From a virus, in the IMG/VR virus record IMGVR_UViG_3300025697_000013, positions 22,904-86,903 of that record: a DNA stretch of 64,000 bases, one strand, 5' to 3'. The notes below the pieces were generated by a model. The model had not been told where the DNA came from and did not search any database. It was given only the letters and a program-made list of their open reading frames with translations. This document shows, in pieces, positions 46,971-56,341 of this stretch. A program made the translations under genes and the position numbers. Position 1 is the stretch's first letter; every line of letters starts with the position of its first letter.

Positions 46971-47861
46971 CTAGGTTCCGGCAGCCATATCCTCGGCCAC
47001 CTCGTCAGCCAGATCGAGACCCCAATCCGTGTTGTCCTCGTCGCCGCCACCACCGCCAGCGTTCTTCCGAACGCCATCCCTGGAGAATTCTTCATCGGGG
47101 TCCAGGGCCCCTCTGCTGAAGGTCCGAGCCTTCAGCGCGCGCACCTGGCGATTTGAGTCTGCGATCTGGTCCGCCAGTCGACCGTTGCGCCCCTCCAGCG
47201 CCTTGCAGACATCCTGATAACCTGCGATCAGGCCCTTGGCCTTCTCGAGGTTTTCGCGGTGATCGGCGCCGCCCACAGCAGCCTTGCCAAGAAGGCCCTG
47301 CAGGAGCGCACGGAGTTCACTCGTTTCCTTCTTCTGGTCATCGGCTGGGGTCGTGGCCGCCTTGCCGTGCACCAGGCCGGGGTGATCCCCCTTGTGGATG
47401 TCCAGGACCAGACCGAACGCCTTCCCGATGGTGGCGATGGACTCCGCCAGATCAGCGGGGAAGACCACGTCGTCCGGGAACATGTTGCGGTCCTTCTGGA
47501 CCTTGCCCAACGCGTCGTCGAGCTTCACGAAAAACTCCCCGATGTGCTTCAGCATCATCTGGAGGTTCTCGACCACGACAGGGTGGCTCTTCATCGTCGA
47601 GAGATCCGGCACCACCAGATCCGACAGTTCCCAGAGCGGCATGAGCGGCAGGGCCTCCCACGCGCTCTTGAGAGTCTTGTCGTCCTTGGCCACGGCGTTC
47701 GAGTAGATCCCGCTCTTCTTGAGTTGGTCCTCCTCGCCCTCGCCAGGGAGATCGGCCTTGATCACCACGAACTTCTCGCCGTTCGCGGCGCGCCCGACGA
47801 TGGAGACCTCTTCGATGTCCATGTCCGAAAGCCGGGTCCGCTTCATCACTTGTCGCAGCAT
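46971..47861 (-). CDS. scaffold-like protein carrying the EVS.V..AN strand of a prohead protease
   Basis: RLSDMDIEEVSIVGRAANGEKFVVIK N-terminus, coiled-coil C-terminus; GGAGGAG RBS. Confidence 0.7.
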   Translation of the reverse strand: MLRQVMKRTRLSDMDIEEVSIVGRAANGEKFVVIKADLPGEGEEDQLKKSGIYSNAVAKDDKTLKSAWEALPLMPLWELSDLVVPDLSTMKSHPVVVENLQMMLKHIGEFFVKLDDALGKVQKDRNMFPDDVVFPADLAESIATIGKAFGLVLDIHKGDHPGLVHGKAATTPADDQKKETSELRALLQGLLGKAAVGGADHRENLEKAKGLIAGYQDVCKALEGRNGRLADQIADSNRQVRALKARTFSRGALDPDEEFSRDGVRKNAGGGGGDEDNTDWGLDLADEVAEDMAAGT

Positions 47862-47865
47862 ATCT

Positions 47866-50037
47866 CTACTCCTCCGGCGTCCGCTTCGCGCGACCACCGA
47901 TCGAGAACCCCGTCAGCTTCCCGGCCTTCACGTCTGCCCACATCTTGTCGTCGAGGATCTTCCAGCCCTGCAGCCAGTCGCCCTTCTTGATCTTCACAGC
48001 CTTCCCGTCCGCTGCCTCGGGCCCCGGGATCTCGAAGTCGGCCAGGGCCTGGAAGTTCTCGACCAGGACCACGCGGTTTCCCGCTGCCTCGCGGTGGAGG
48101 AAGCCCTCCTTGTGGCCCTTCTCCATCCAGGAGAACATCGCCTCGCGGACCGCGGCTTCGTCGTAAATGTCGCCCTGCTTGTCCTCGATGTTCGCCCGCA
48201 AGACGAAGCCCAGGACGTACCGCTCCTCTTTGGCGGGGTCTGCCTTCTTCAGGAGGGTGCAGTGGTGCTGCTTCTGGGTCGCGTCCCCAGGGGCCCCCTG
48301 CCCGGTCATTGCCGCACCGCACTCGGGGCACTTCATCTCGTTGCATGGCGTACTGCGATCGTGGGCCACCTGTTTTCCGCAGGCGGGACACACGCACTGC
48401 TCTGCACCACCATCTCCCTCTGGCCCCCCGCCCTGCCCCAGCGCCTTCTCCATCTGCGTCCGGAGGTTCTCCGGGAGCAGCATGTCCAGCGCGTCCTTCT
48501 CGTCGAAGCGCGGCTTGATCCCGAGCTTCAACTCGCGCTCCACGATGCGACCGTGGACAATCTTCCGATCCGCATCCTGCGGGTATCCCGCTGCGAACTG
48601 CTTGAACCTGATCCGGGCATTCCGAGCCCGCTCGACGGTGTCGCAGGGATACATGAGATTGCAGGGATCCCCGTAGTCCTCAAGGTCCTTCGACCAGCCG
48701 GCGGGGAACGTCAGCCGCTCCCCATGCCCGTCGAGTGCGGAGATCCCCCACTTCTTCGAACGAAGCGCCTGGGACTCCCGCTTCTCGTCGGGGGTCATCG
48801 ACGGGGCAGGGACCAGGTCCACAGCCTTCCCGATGCTCTCGGCGAGACCATTCAACATCGGTGCGTCGAACCCGACCATCTCGGCCAGGCCACGGATGCC
48901 GTTCTTGAGTCGCACCAGGTCCTCGTCCGGGACATTGCCCTTCAGCACCTGGTGACCGGCGATCGATGCCTGGAGGATGCGTTCGAGGGACACCGCGTCG
49001 TCCGTGATCTCACTCGGCACCAGGCGGCCAAGCCCGGTAGCAAGATCCTTGAGCACAGGGAGCACGTCCGTCAGCATCGGGACACCGGAGGCCAGCACCG
49101 CGGCCTGCGCGGCGGTGATCTCCACCCGCTGGTCCTTGCGCATCATGGAGACGGTCTTCACGTCGAAGTTGGTGATGGTGAACATCACGCCGGTGCTTGC
49201 TCCAACACCCATCGGGAGCGGCTTCGACACCGTATGCTTCTTGACATTCAAACCCTTCCAGATCCCCATGTCCCCCTTGTCGCCGTAAGTGATCAGGAAC
49301 TTGGACTTGAGCGTCTTTATGAACTCTGCGTAGGGCTTCTCGTCCCACTCCTTCTCGCCGACGTTCTGCCCAAATCCATGGTAGGGAGGATCGTGGAACT
49401 GGAAGGTGTCGGGACCGTCGAATTCCTTGCAGACCTTCTGGTAGTCCTCGCACCGGATCACCACACCAGCCAGGCGCTCCTTCGCCTCTTTCATTCTGCC
49501 GATAGCCAACGGTGGACGTTTCGTCGGAGTGCCAACGCGATTGGACGTGCGTGAACTCTCATTGCCTTTACCGAAAAATGAGACCAGTTTCAGCAGCAAG
49601 AATTTATGGAACCGCTCCACGTCCCCTGTCGGCTTGCCGTTGCGGAGAGCATCGAATGCAGGCTTTGAGTCAGCGATCCACCACTTCATGCCCTCAAGTT
49701 TCTTCAACTGCGCGCTGGTCACCCCCTGGACGAACCGGAACCCGAAGGCGATCTCCGGATCCAGGTCGTTCAGGACCTCTTTCTCCACGGGCTCCTTGTT
49801 GAAGAACATCGCCCCGGAACCTGCGAACGGCTCGACGTAGACCTTGTGCTCCGGGAACATCTTCAGGAGCGGCTTGGCGATCGCGCTCTTGCCCACAAGG
49901 GACCTCCACAGCACAGCCATCTTCCGGACGTGGTCGGGTCCGAACATGCGGACCAACTCTCGCTCGTCCTCGATGAGATCCTTGAGCAGGAATTCGACGA
50001 GGCCGCCGCTGCCGGTGTAGTCGTGCTGGGGGTCCAT
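47866..50037 (-). CDS. fusion: Dam-like (D12 class) adenine MTase + DUF6582-like + Cys-rich domain + XkdF-type prohead protease
   Basis: GK...YVEPFAGSG, EVLNDLD, DPPY; YGDP..LMYPCDT..RARNA..RF.Q; CVCPACG...PC...CPECG; DKQGDIY, H, VENF, KKGDW, GKLTGFSIGG. Confidence 0.88.
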   Translation of the reverse strand: MDPQHDYTGSGGLVEFLLKDLIEDERELVRMFGPDHVRKMAVLWRSLVGKSAIAKPLLKMFPEHKVYVEPFAGSGAMFFNKEPVEKEVLNDLDPEIAFGFRFVQGVTSAQLKKLEGMKWWIADSKPAFDALRNGKPTGDVERFHKFLLLKLVSFFGKGNESSRTSNRVGTPTKRPPLAIGRMKEAKERLAGVVIRCEDYQKVCKEFDGPDTFQFHDPPYHGFGQNVGEKEWDEKPYAEFIKTLKSKFLITYGDKGDMGIWKGLNVKKHTVSKPLPMGVGASTGVMFTITNFDVKTVSMMRKDQRVEITAAQAAVLASGVPMLTDVLPVLKDLATGLGRLVPSEITDDAVSLERILQASIAGHQVLKGNVPDEDLVRLKNGIRGLAEMVGFDAPMLNGLAESIGKAVDLVPAPSMTPDEKRESQALRSKKWGISALDGHGERLTFPAGWSKDLEDYGDPCNLMYPCDTVERARNARIRFKQFAAGYPQDADRKIVHGRIVERELKLGIKPRFDEKDALDMLLPENLRTQMEKALGQGGGPEGDGGAEQCVCPACGKQVAHDRSTPCNEMKCPECGAAMTGQGAPGDATQKQHHCTLLKKADPAKEERYVLGFVLRANIEDKQGDIYDEAAVREAMFSWMEKGHKEGFLHREAAGNRVVLVENFQALADFEIPGPEAADGKAVKIKKGDWLQGWKILDDKMWADVKAGKLTGFSIGGRAKRTPEE

Positions 50038-50096
50038 CGAGTGGCGCCTCCGGGTGAAGGGATCAGGCGATCAGGAGACCTGTGACGGGACGCGGA

Positions 50097-50813
50097 CTAC
50101 TTGTCGCTGCCATCGTCGTTCAGGTCGTAGCCCCAGCCTCCGTCGGACTCGCCGCCGAAGCCCTTCGAGATCTCCTCGAGGTCGTCGGCAGCCTTCTTCA
50201 GGTCGTCGTCGTCCTTGCCCTTGGGGGTGCCCCGGAGCTGCGCGAGCCGATCCTTGAGCTTCTTCTTGTCGTCGTCGGAGAGGTCTTCCTTGGCCTTGGC
50301 CTTGGCCACGTCGAGGTCGGCCTGGAAGTCGGTTTTCGCCTTGGCGAACCCCTTCTTCTTCTCCTCGTCCTCACCGCCGGTGGCGACCTTCGCGCCGCAC
50401 TCGGGGCAGGCGCCGTCCTTGAGGTCGTCGCTGGATCCCTTCCAGTTGCACTTGGGGCACACGACATCCTCCTTGGCGACCGTCCCCTGCAGGCCCTTGA
50501 GGATTTCCTCTGCCTTGGTCAGGTTCTCGTCCCCGCCGGCGGCGCCCTCGGCCTTGGCCACCTTGAAGGCAATCTCCTCGTCGGTGCCCTTGCCCGCGTC
50601 GATGGCCTTGAGCACGGCCTCGATCATCGGGGCCTTCTCCTTGGCTACCGCGGCGAGCTTGCCCTTGTCGCCGCCGGTCTTCGCCACCGCGTCGGTGATG
50701 TCGGCGATGGCCTTGCCGACGGTCATCTTGGTCTCGTCGCCAGTCTGGGTGCCCTCGCCCATGGCCAGCAGCCGCTTCAGCAGATCCGCGTTGCTCTTGA
50801 GTTCGTCGCTCAT
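50097..50813 (-). CDS. Lys/Ala/Asp-rich head-assembly (scaffold-like) protein with zinc ribbon
   Basis: Strongly biased codon use, CPKC...CPECG; GGGAGG RBS. Confidence 0.7.
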   Translation of the reverse strand: MSDELKSNADLLKRLLAMGEGTQTGDETKMTVGKAIADITDAVAKTGGDKGKLAAVAKEKAPMIEAVLKAIDAGKGTDEEIAFKVAKAEGAAGGDENLTKAEEILKGLQGTVAKEDVVCPKCNWKGSSDDLKDGACPECGAKVATGGEDEEKKKGFAKAKTDFQADLDVAKAKAKEDLSDDDKKKLKDRLAQLRGTPKGKDDDDLKKAADDLEEISKGFGGESDGGWGYDLNDDGSDK

Positions 50814-50839
50814 GCCTTCCTCCCGTGATGGCTTCAAGC

Positions 50840-51214
50840 CTAGTGCAATGGTCTTCCATCCGGCCCGACAAGCTCGTCGTGGCGCGGTCTCAAAACATGT
50901 GGTCCATACGCCTTCCGGCGCAGATCCGGCTCCCAGGGGTTCTCGTCCAGCCACAATAGCAGCCAGTGCAGGAGATGGTCAGCAATCCGATAAGGGCTCA
51001 TCTTGCAGTCGAAGCGGGCGATCTTCACCATCTCTTCGACCTGATTGAAGCGGCTGACGACCTCCGCCCTGGTCATCGTCCCGGCCATTGGGCGCTCGTT
51101 GAAGCTGGTCAAGATCGCTTCCGAAACATACCGATCGAGATAGCGCTGCGCCTTCGGAGATTCGGCCACGTCATCGTTGCCGATACGAACCAGAGATGGG
51201 ACGATTTGCCGCAT
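50840..51214 (-). CDS. hypothetical protein
   Basis: Start MRQIV after AGGAG/GAGG. Confidence 0.7.
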   Translation of the reverse strand: MRQIVPSLVRIGNDDVAESPKAQRYLDRYVSEAILTSFNERPMAGTMTRAEVVSRFNQVEEMVKIARFDCKMSPYRIADHLLHWLLLWLDENPWEPDLRRKAYGPHVLRPRHDELVGPDGRPLH

Positions 51215-51229
51215 GAGCACCTCGCTCCT

Positions 51230-51259
51230 ATTCTCAGGAACGAAACACACAGATGTCAA
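51230..51259 (-). promoter_or_regulatory. sigma70-like promoter TTGACA-N18-GAGAAT
   Basis: Intergenic, downstream of MuF. Confidence 0.55.
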
Positions 51260-51296
51260 GAGGGAATTTCAGATTGTAGTTTTCGTATCACAACGA

Positions 51297-52688
51297 TCAG
51301 ATCACCGGGACGGTAGTCGTGCGGCAGTAGCCATGGAACGGTGGGTAGCCAACCCCGCTGTTTTGCATGGCCTGATCAGAGACCGAAAACTTGAAGACTC
51401 CATCCTCGCCACGACTTCCCAGACTCACACGTTCCCCACCAGGTGGCTTGATAAACATCTCCCCGCCACTCTGCCGAACCCACGGGGCAGCCCGCTTGAT
51501 CTCCTGGGGATCGTCCCACCCCGACCGATCCTCGAACTGGCGCATTGACGTCCCAACGTCGAACTCCTTCCCGTGCAGCTCCTGGCAGATGACAGTCGTC
51601 TGCTCATCGAGCACCGCCTCGATCTGGTACCGCTGGATCCCCGCCTCGCTGTACGACGAGATCTGCCCGTAGCTCCGCGAGTCCTGCATCCATGCCTGGG
51701 CACACAACTCAGCGTAGGCCCGTCCACGTCCGAAGGTCTTGTCCGACAACCAAACCGATTCAAGACGCCGCGCAACCTCTTTCGATCCCAACCCGTCAGC
51801 AAGCGCAGCGGTCACAACACGCTGCCCCTCCCTGGTCATCCGGTCCCGCAGTTGTCTCTTCCGATCGGTCAGGTAGTGCCCCGCCAGATCCTGGACCGAC
51901 CCCACGATCCGCCTGTCAATCAGATTCATCGAGGTCCGCAGATCCATGCCAAGTGCCGTGCCCACGCTCTTCCGCGTCCCGAGCACCACCGACTCGCCAG
52001 TCGTGAACACCGAGCGCTTCACCCCCGCGGACGTCACCGCCGTAGCGCCCACTGCCCCCACGCCGGCGGCCGTCGTGCCCAGCAGCTCCACCCGCTCATC
52101 GGAAGATAGATCCTGCCAATCCACCTCCGCCATGCCGTCCAGCGCGCGGATCATCACCGCCCGCTCCTCCCGCTCCAGCGGATCGTTGATCTCAGCGGTG
52201 AGCTCTCGCACGATCCGCGCAAAGTCCTTCGCGTCATTCGGGTCCAGCGGCTTCTTCGGGGCCTTCTCCACTGGGGCCCCGGCACCGAACGCCTCGAGGA
52301 CCTCGTCGAGTGCGGCCATGCCGGCGTCGAGGAGGTCTGCCTCGGTGCATGGCACCATCCGGCTCGCCACCACACCCACGCCCCCCAGCGGGCTGCAGGC
52401 AAGGACACGGACTCGGTCCACAGGGTTCAATCCGAGTCGGACGATCCGCTCCGCCTTGCGCATCCCCGCGCCAAGGTGCAGGACCGGCCCATCGAGGGTA
52501 TTCTCGACGAGGACGAAGCGCTCTCCCTGGACAGCGACACGTTCGCCCCCGAGCAGAAGCATGCCCTCTGCCGCGGTAGCGACCTTGCGCACGCCCCCTG
52601 GTCCCCACACCCAGTGCCCATCCGCCTTCTCGACGAGGACCGCTCGAGCGCTCGGCCGGATCTCGATGGTTTCATTACAGCATTTCAC
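51297..52688 (-). CDS. minor head protein (MuF / SPP1 gp7 family)
   Basis: AVLDEQTTVICQELHGK...PPFHGYCRTT. Confidence 0.9.
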   Translation of the reverse strand: MKCCNETIEIRPSARAVLVEKADGHWVWGPGGVRKVATAAEGMLLLGGERVAVQGERFVLVENTLDGPVLHLGAGMRKAERIVRLGLNPVDRVRVLACSPLGGVGVVASRMVPCTEADLLDAGMAALDEVLEAFGAGAPVEKAPKKPLDPNDAKDFARIVRELTAEINDPLEREERAVMIRALDGMAEVDWQDLSSDERVELLGTTAAGVGAVGATAVTSAGVKRSVFTTGESVVLGTRKSVGTALGMDLRTSMNLIDRRIVGSVQDLAGHYLTDRKRQLRDRMTREGQRVVTAALADGLGSKEVARRLESVWLSDKTFGRGRAYAELCAQAWMQDSRSYGQISSYSEAGIQRYQIEAVLDEQTTVICQELHGKEFDVGTSMRQFEDRSGWDDPQEIKRAAPWVRQSGGEMFIKPPGGERVSLGSRGEDGVFKFSVSDQAMQNSGVGYPPFHGYCRTTTVPVI

Positions 52689-54247
52689 CAGTCGTCCCCC
52701 CCCGCGATGGCCACCGACACCTCGGCGCCATCATCGTCGTCCCATTCATGCCAGAAGTCGTCCTCCTCGTCGTACTCCCGGAGCACGTCCTCGAGGATCG
52801 ATCCCCCGTAGACGCCGACCACGCAGAGGGCGCCCTCCACGAATGCGTCCATGCAGTCGTCGGTCACGTAGAGCGGGAACTCCGTCAGCTCCGAAACGAG
52901 GTCTCCGCGCTCCTGTGTGACCTTGTCCGCCAGCGGGTCCAGGTGGTCGGCGAAGATCACGTTCCCCGTCTCGACGTATGGCGAGACCTCCAGAAGCCTC
53001 GTCCCCTTGTCCTTCTGCGGCTTGAATCCGAACACCGGGATCATCGTGACCCGCTCCAACTCCTGGGCCAGCGCCTTCTGGTACCCGATCGTCTCGATGA
53101 CCACCCGCCGGGCCCGCCACTTCAACCAGTCCCCGATCACCCGTTTGAACTGCTGGTAGAACGTCAGCCTGGCATGCCCAGCCCCGACCACGAAGATCTT
53201 CTTCTCGCTCGGGCTCCACCCCAGGATGCACCACGCGAAGTAGTCGCTCCTCGTCTTGTCCTCGATGGCCAGATCGTACGCGGTGATCATGTGCAGGTCG
53301 TCGGGGAAGTGCCGATACGGCCGGTACTTGATCCACTCCGGCTGGATAACGATCACGTCCCCGCTCAGAGCAATGTTCCGGAATCCTCGATCGAACTCCA
53401 CCTTCCCGATCTTCTTCCGCTGCCTCACCAGTGCAAGGTGCGACCAGACCTCGGGCCAGATTGGATCGAGGGCCTCGTTGATCGCGTACTCCCGGATGGC
53501 GTAGATCCCGCGCTTGTTGCGGAGGAGCTCGTGGGTCAGGTCGTCCTTGTGCCACTTCGTGGCGATGTACCAGGTCCGGCCACCAGGGAGCAGGAGGTTC
53601 GAGAAGTCGCCCTTGTAGGCCATCTTCACATTTTCGCGCTGCTTCGGCTGCAGGATCGCGTTCCGCCGGTCCACCACGTCGTCGTAGACGTTGAGGTCCG
53701 ACCGCCCGCCGGTCGCGGTGCTCAGGACCCCTAGCGCGTGCACCGACGCATCTCGAGCGACGATCGTCCGCCGGATGAAGAGCTTGTGCTTCGACCACTC
53801 CCCCTTCACCGCAGCCATCAGCCCGGGGAAGACGAACTTCACCCTCACATTACCCTCGATGTGCTGCTGGATCTCAACGAGGCGCTCCTTCGCCTTGTTG
53901 TCCGACTGGCAGACGATCTTCACCCGCAAGTTCGGGTCCTTCCCCAACTCCCAGATAATCCGTCCAATTATCTGGCTCGTTTTCCCATGTCCACGAGGGC
54001 CAATGATTATGCAGTCCTCGTTGTGGGTCAGGAGGTCCTGCCACTCCAGGTGGAACCACGCCTGCTTCATCGGCTCGCCCTTCTCGGTCTCGAAGGCGTA
54101 CTCGATGAATGCGTTGGGGTCAGTTCGCAGCCGCCGGCGGAACAACTCCCGCTGCGCCAGGAAGCGGAGCATCGCCAGCTTGACTAGCTTCTGTCGCTTG
54201 GTCAGGGGCTCGAAGTGGCCGGGGATGGTGGGGGATCGCTGTGGCAT
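52685..54247 (-). CDS. terL: terminase large subunit
   Basis: PRGHGKT, TGGRSD...YDD, TKWHKDD, YDLA, ETIGYQ, DDCMDA. Confidence 0.94.
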   Translation of the reverse strand: MPQRSPTIPGHFEPLTKRQKLVKLAMLRFLAQRELFRRRLRTDPNAFIEYAFETEKGEPMKQAWFHLEWQDLLTHNEDCIIIGPRGHGKTSQIIGRIIWELGKDPNLRVKIVCQSDNKAKERLVEIQQHIEGNVRVKFVFPGLMAAVKGEWSKHKLFIRRTIVARDASVHALGVLSTATGGRSDLNVYDDVVDRRNAILQPKQRENVKMAYKGDFSNLLLPGGRTWYIATKWHKDDLTHELLRNKRGIYAIREYAINEALDPIWPEVWSHLALVRQRKKIGKVEFDRGFRNIALSGDVIVIQPEWIKYRPYRHFPDDLHMITAYDLAIEDKTRSDYFAWCILGWSPSEKKIFVVGAGHARLTFYQQFKRVIGDWLKWRARRVVIETIGYQKALAQELERVTMIPVFGFKPQKDKGTRLLEVSPYVETGNVIFADHLDPLADKVTQERGDLVSELTEFPLYVTDDCMDAFVEGALCVVGVYGGSILEDVLREYDEEDDFWHEWDDDDGAEVSVAIAGGDDW

Positions 54248-56226
54248 CACAGCTCAGTGTCGGGGGGGGCTTCCGGATCGGGCTGCACGATGCGCTGCAT
54301 CTCTGCCCACGGGATCTCCATCCGGAGGACCTGGTCGTCTCCGTCCCCGCCGCCGCCGCGGAGTTGGACACCGCCCTTCTGCGCATCGGCGATCGCCTGC
54401 TGAAAGGCCACCAGCCGATTCACGGCCTCGTTGATCCGGCTCGGGTCGGTCCCCTCGGTGACACCAGGACCTGCAATGCCTTCGCCGCCCTCGCCGGCAC
54501 CTGCGCCGCCGGGCTGGATCCCCGCCAGGGTCATCAGCATCGGTTGCTTCGTCCAGGGCTCGTCGATCTCGGGCAGTTCCGCGTTCAGGATGTCCGCTGC
54601 CTGGTCCCGGACCTCCCCGGGGACAAGCCCACCCGCCTTCGACAGGATCTCCACGATCTTCGCCTGGGTCTCTGGATCCCTGGTGATGGGGCTCCGGCTC
54701 CGCATCCGCACCAGCCGGTACTCCCTATCACGGAGGAACCCGTCGAACTCGTCGTCCCACTCCGCCCTCGTCGGACCCGCCACCATGTTCTCGAACATCG
54801 TCAGGGCGGCTGAAGCTGTCGCCCTATTGTAGTCCCCGGCGGCGCCACGAAGGATCCTCGGCACTCGCAGGGTCTCCGCTGCCTTGTCCCGGTTCGTCTC
54901 GTCGTACTCGAGGAACGTCGCCTCGCTCTGCTGGTAGAGCCGCTCGAACACGATCTCCACCTTCCCGGTACTCCCCGCGTTGACCGCGCCCTTCGACTTC
55001 GGAGGGAGGGCCTCGAGGATCAGCACCTTGTGACGATTCTTTCGCCCACGCAGCTTCTTGAAGTGCTCGGCAATGACGGTGTCAGCCCCGCTCTTCAGCT
55101 TCCCGCCGTTCACCAGGATTGCGTAGGGAGGGATCGCAGACCCGTCGAAGAACACCAGGTTGACCTCTTCAGCGGCGATGCTCCCCGCCACTGACCGGAT
55201 CGCCCCGTACCACATCGGCATGCCCCACACGCTCCGGCTGTCCGGGACGAGGAAGTGGTAGATCTCCGTCGCCTCCTGGTCGGCTGCCGCATCCGCATCG
55301 TCCGACTGGTTGTCGGCAAGATGCTTCTCCCATGCCTGCTCGTCCCTGAAGTACTCCCCCGTCCGCCGACTCATGATCCGAGGGTCACCGTACTCCTTGA
55401 ACCAGACCTCCTTCCCGCTCTCCAGCACCTGCGCCCACTTCCGGAACCGACGCCAAACCTTCCGGGTCAGGATGTTCAATCCCACCCGAAGCTTCTCCGC
55501 CACCTCGATCGGCTCCTCGTCCTGCTTCGTCGGCGCCAGGCGCAACATCGACACCCAGGCGAACCGGGAGGGCTTGTCGTTCAGGTCACGCATCACTTCG
55601 ATCGCAGCGTTCCCCAACCCCACCCACTCGTCACGAATCCGGCTCCGCAGGTACACCAGGCTACGGCCATCGTCCACCACGGTCTTCGCCCACACCCGAC
55701 AGCCAGCCATCTCCTGCCGCAGCCGGGCCATGTACTCGCTCTTCTGCTTCTCGAGGTCGGCACCCTCGGGCCACACGGGATCTTTCTTCGACTTCCCCTG
55801 CTCGAACAGGTACACCCGCTCCTCGAACACCAGCGCAGCCAGCTTCGCTTCGAAGTCCTCGGCCTCCGGATTCAAGATCGGCTCCACCACCGCGCCGAAC
55901 GCATCCACCGTAGCGAAGTAAGCCCGCGCACACTGCCGCAGCACATTCGAGTTGATGTACGTGATCCACAGCCCGTCCATCGGCATCGGAGGACGAACGA
56001 ATCCCTTCGTGCTCCAGCCGTCCTCGCCCAGGGCCCCAGCCCCCCACATCTGTGAGTCCTCGAGGGAAACACCGGCGCTCGTCGCCTTCATCACCTGCAG
56101 CGCAGTCCCGCCGTCAAGCCACTCGTCGCCAGTCAGATCCGGGGCGTCGGTAGTCCGGGCGTCGACCTCCGTCTTCACGGCACGACCATGTCTACCAGGC
56201 CTCTTCTTCACGCCGGCTCCGCTCAT
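54247..56226 (-). CDS. portal protein (PBSX-like)
   Basis: GNAAIEVMR, WFKEYGDPR, EIYHF, WGMPMW, FFDGSAIP, LRVPRILRG...YNRATA. Confidence 0.92.
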   Translation of the reverse strand: MSGAGVKKRPGRHGRAVKTEVDARTTDAPDLTGDEWLDGGTALQVMKATSAGVSLEDSQMWGAGALGEDGWSTKGFVRPPMPMDGLWITYINSNVLRQCARAYFATVDAFGAVVEPILNPEAEDFEAKLAALVFEERVYLFEQGKSKKDPVWPEGADLEKQKSEYMARLRQEMAGCRVWAKTVVDDGRSLVYLRSRIRDEWVGLGNAAIEVMRDLNDKPSRFAWVSMLRLAPTKQDEEPIEVAEKLRVGLNILTRKVWRRFRKWAQVLESGKEVWFKEYGDPRIMSRRTGEYFRDEQAWEKHLADNQSDDADAAADQEATEIYHFLVPDSRSVWGMPMWYGAIRSVAGSIAAEEVNLVFFDGSAIPPYAILVNGGKLKSGADTVIAEHFKKLRGRKNRHKVLILEALPPKSKGAVNAGSTGKVEIVFERLYQQSEATFLEYDETNRDKAAETLRVPRILRGAAGDYNRATASAALTMFENMVAGPTRAEWDDEFDGFLRDREYRLVRMRSRSPITRDPETQAKIVEILSKAGGLVPGEVRDQAADILNAELPEIDEPWTKQPMLMTLAGIQPGGAGAGEGGEGIAGPGVTEGTDPSRINEAVNRLVAFQQAIADAQKGGVQLRGGGGDGDDQVLRMEIPWAEMQRIVQPDPEAPPDTEL

Positions 56227-56227
56227 C

Positions 56228-56341
56228 TCAGCCCTCGCTCCGCTCGTCGTCCGAGCACCGGCCGCTCACAGCCAGCCCGCACCACACCAACACAAAAACT
56301 GCAGCGCTGGCCACGATGGCCATGGCACACTCAGCTCCCAT
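56228..56341 (-). CDS. small membrane protein
   Basis: 37 aa with one TM; TGATG overlap with the upstream gene. Confidence 0.4.
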   Translation of the reverse strand: MGAECAMAIVASAAVFVLVWCGLAVSGRCSDDERSEG

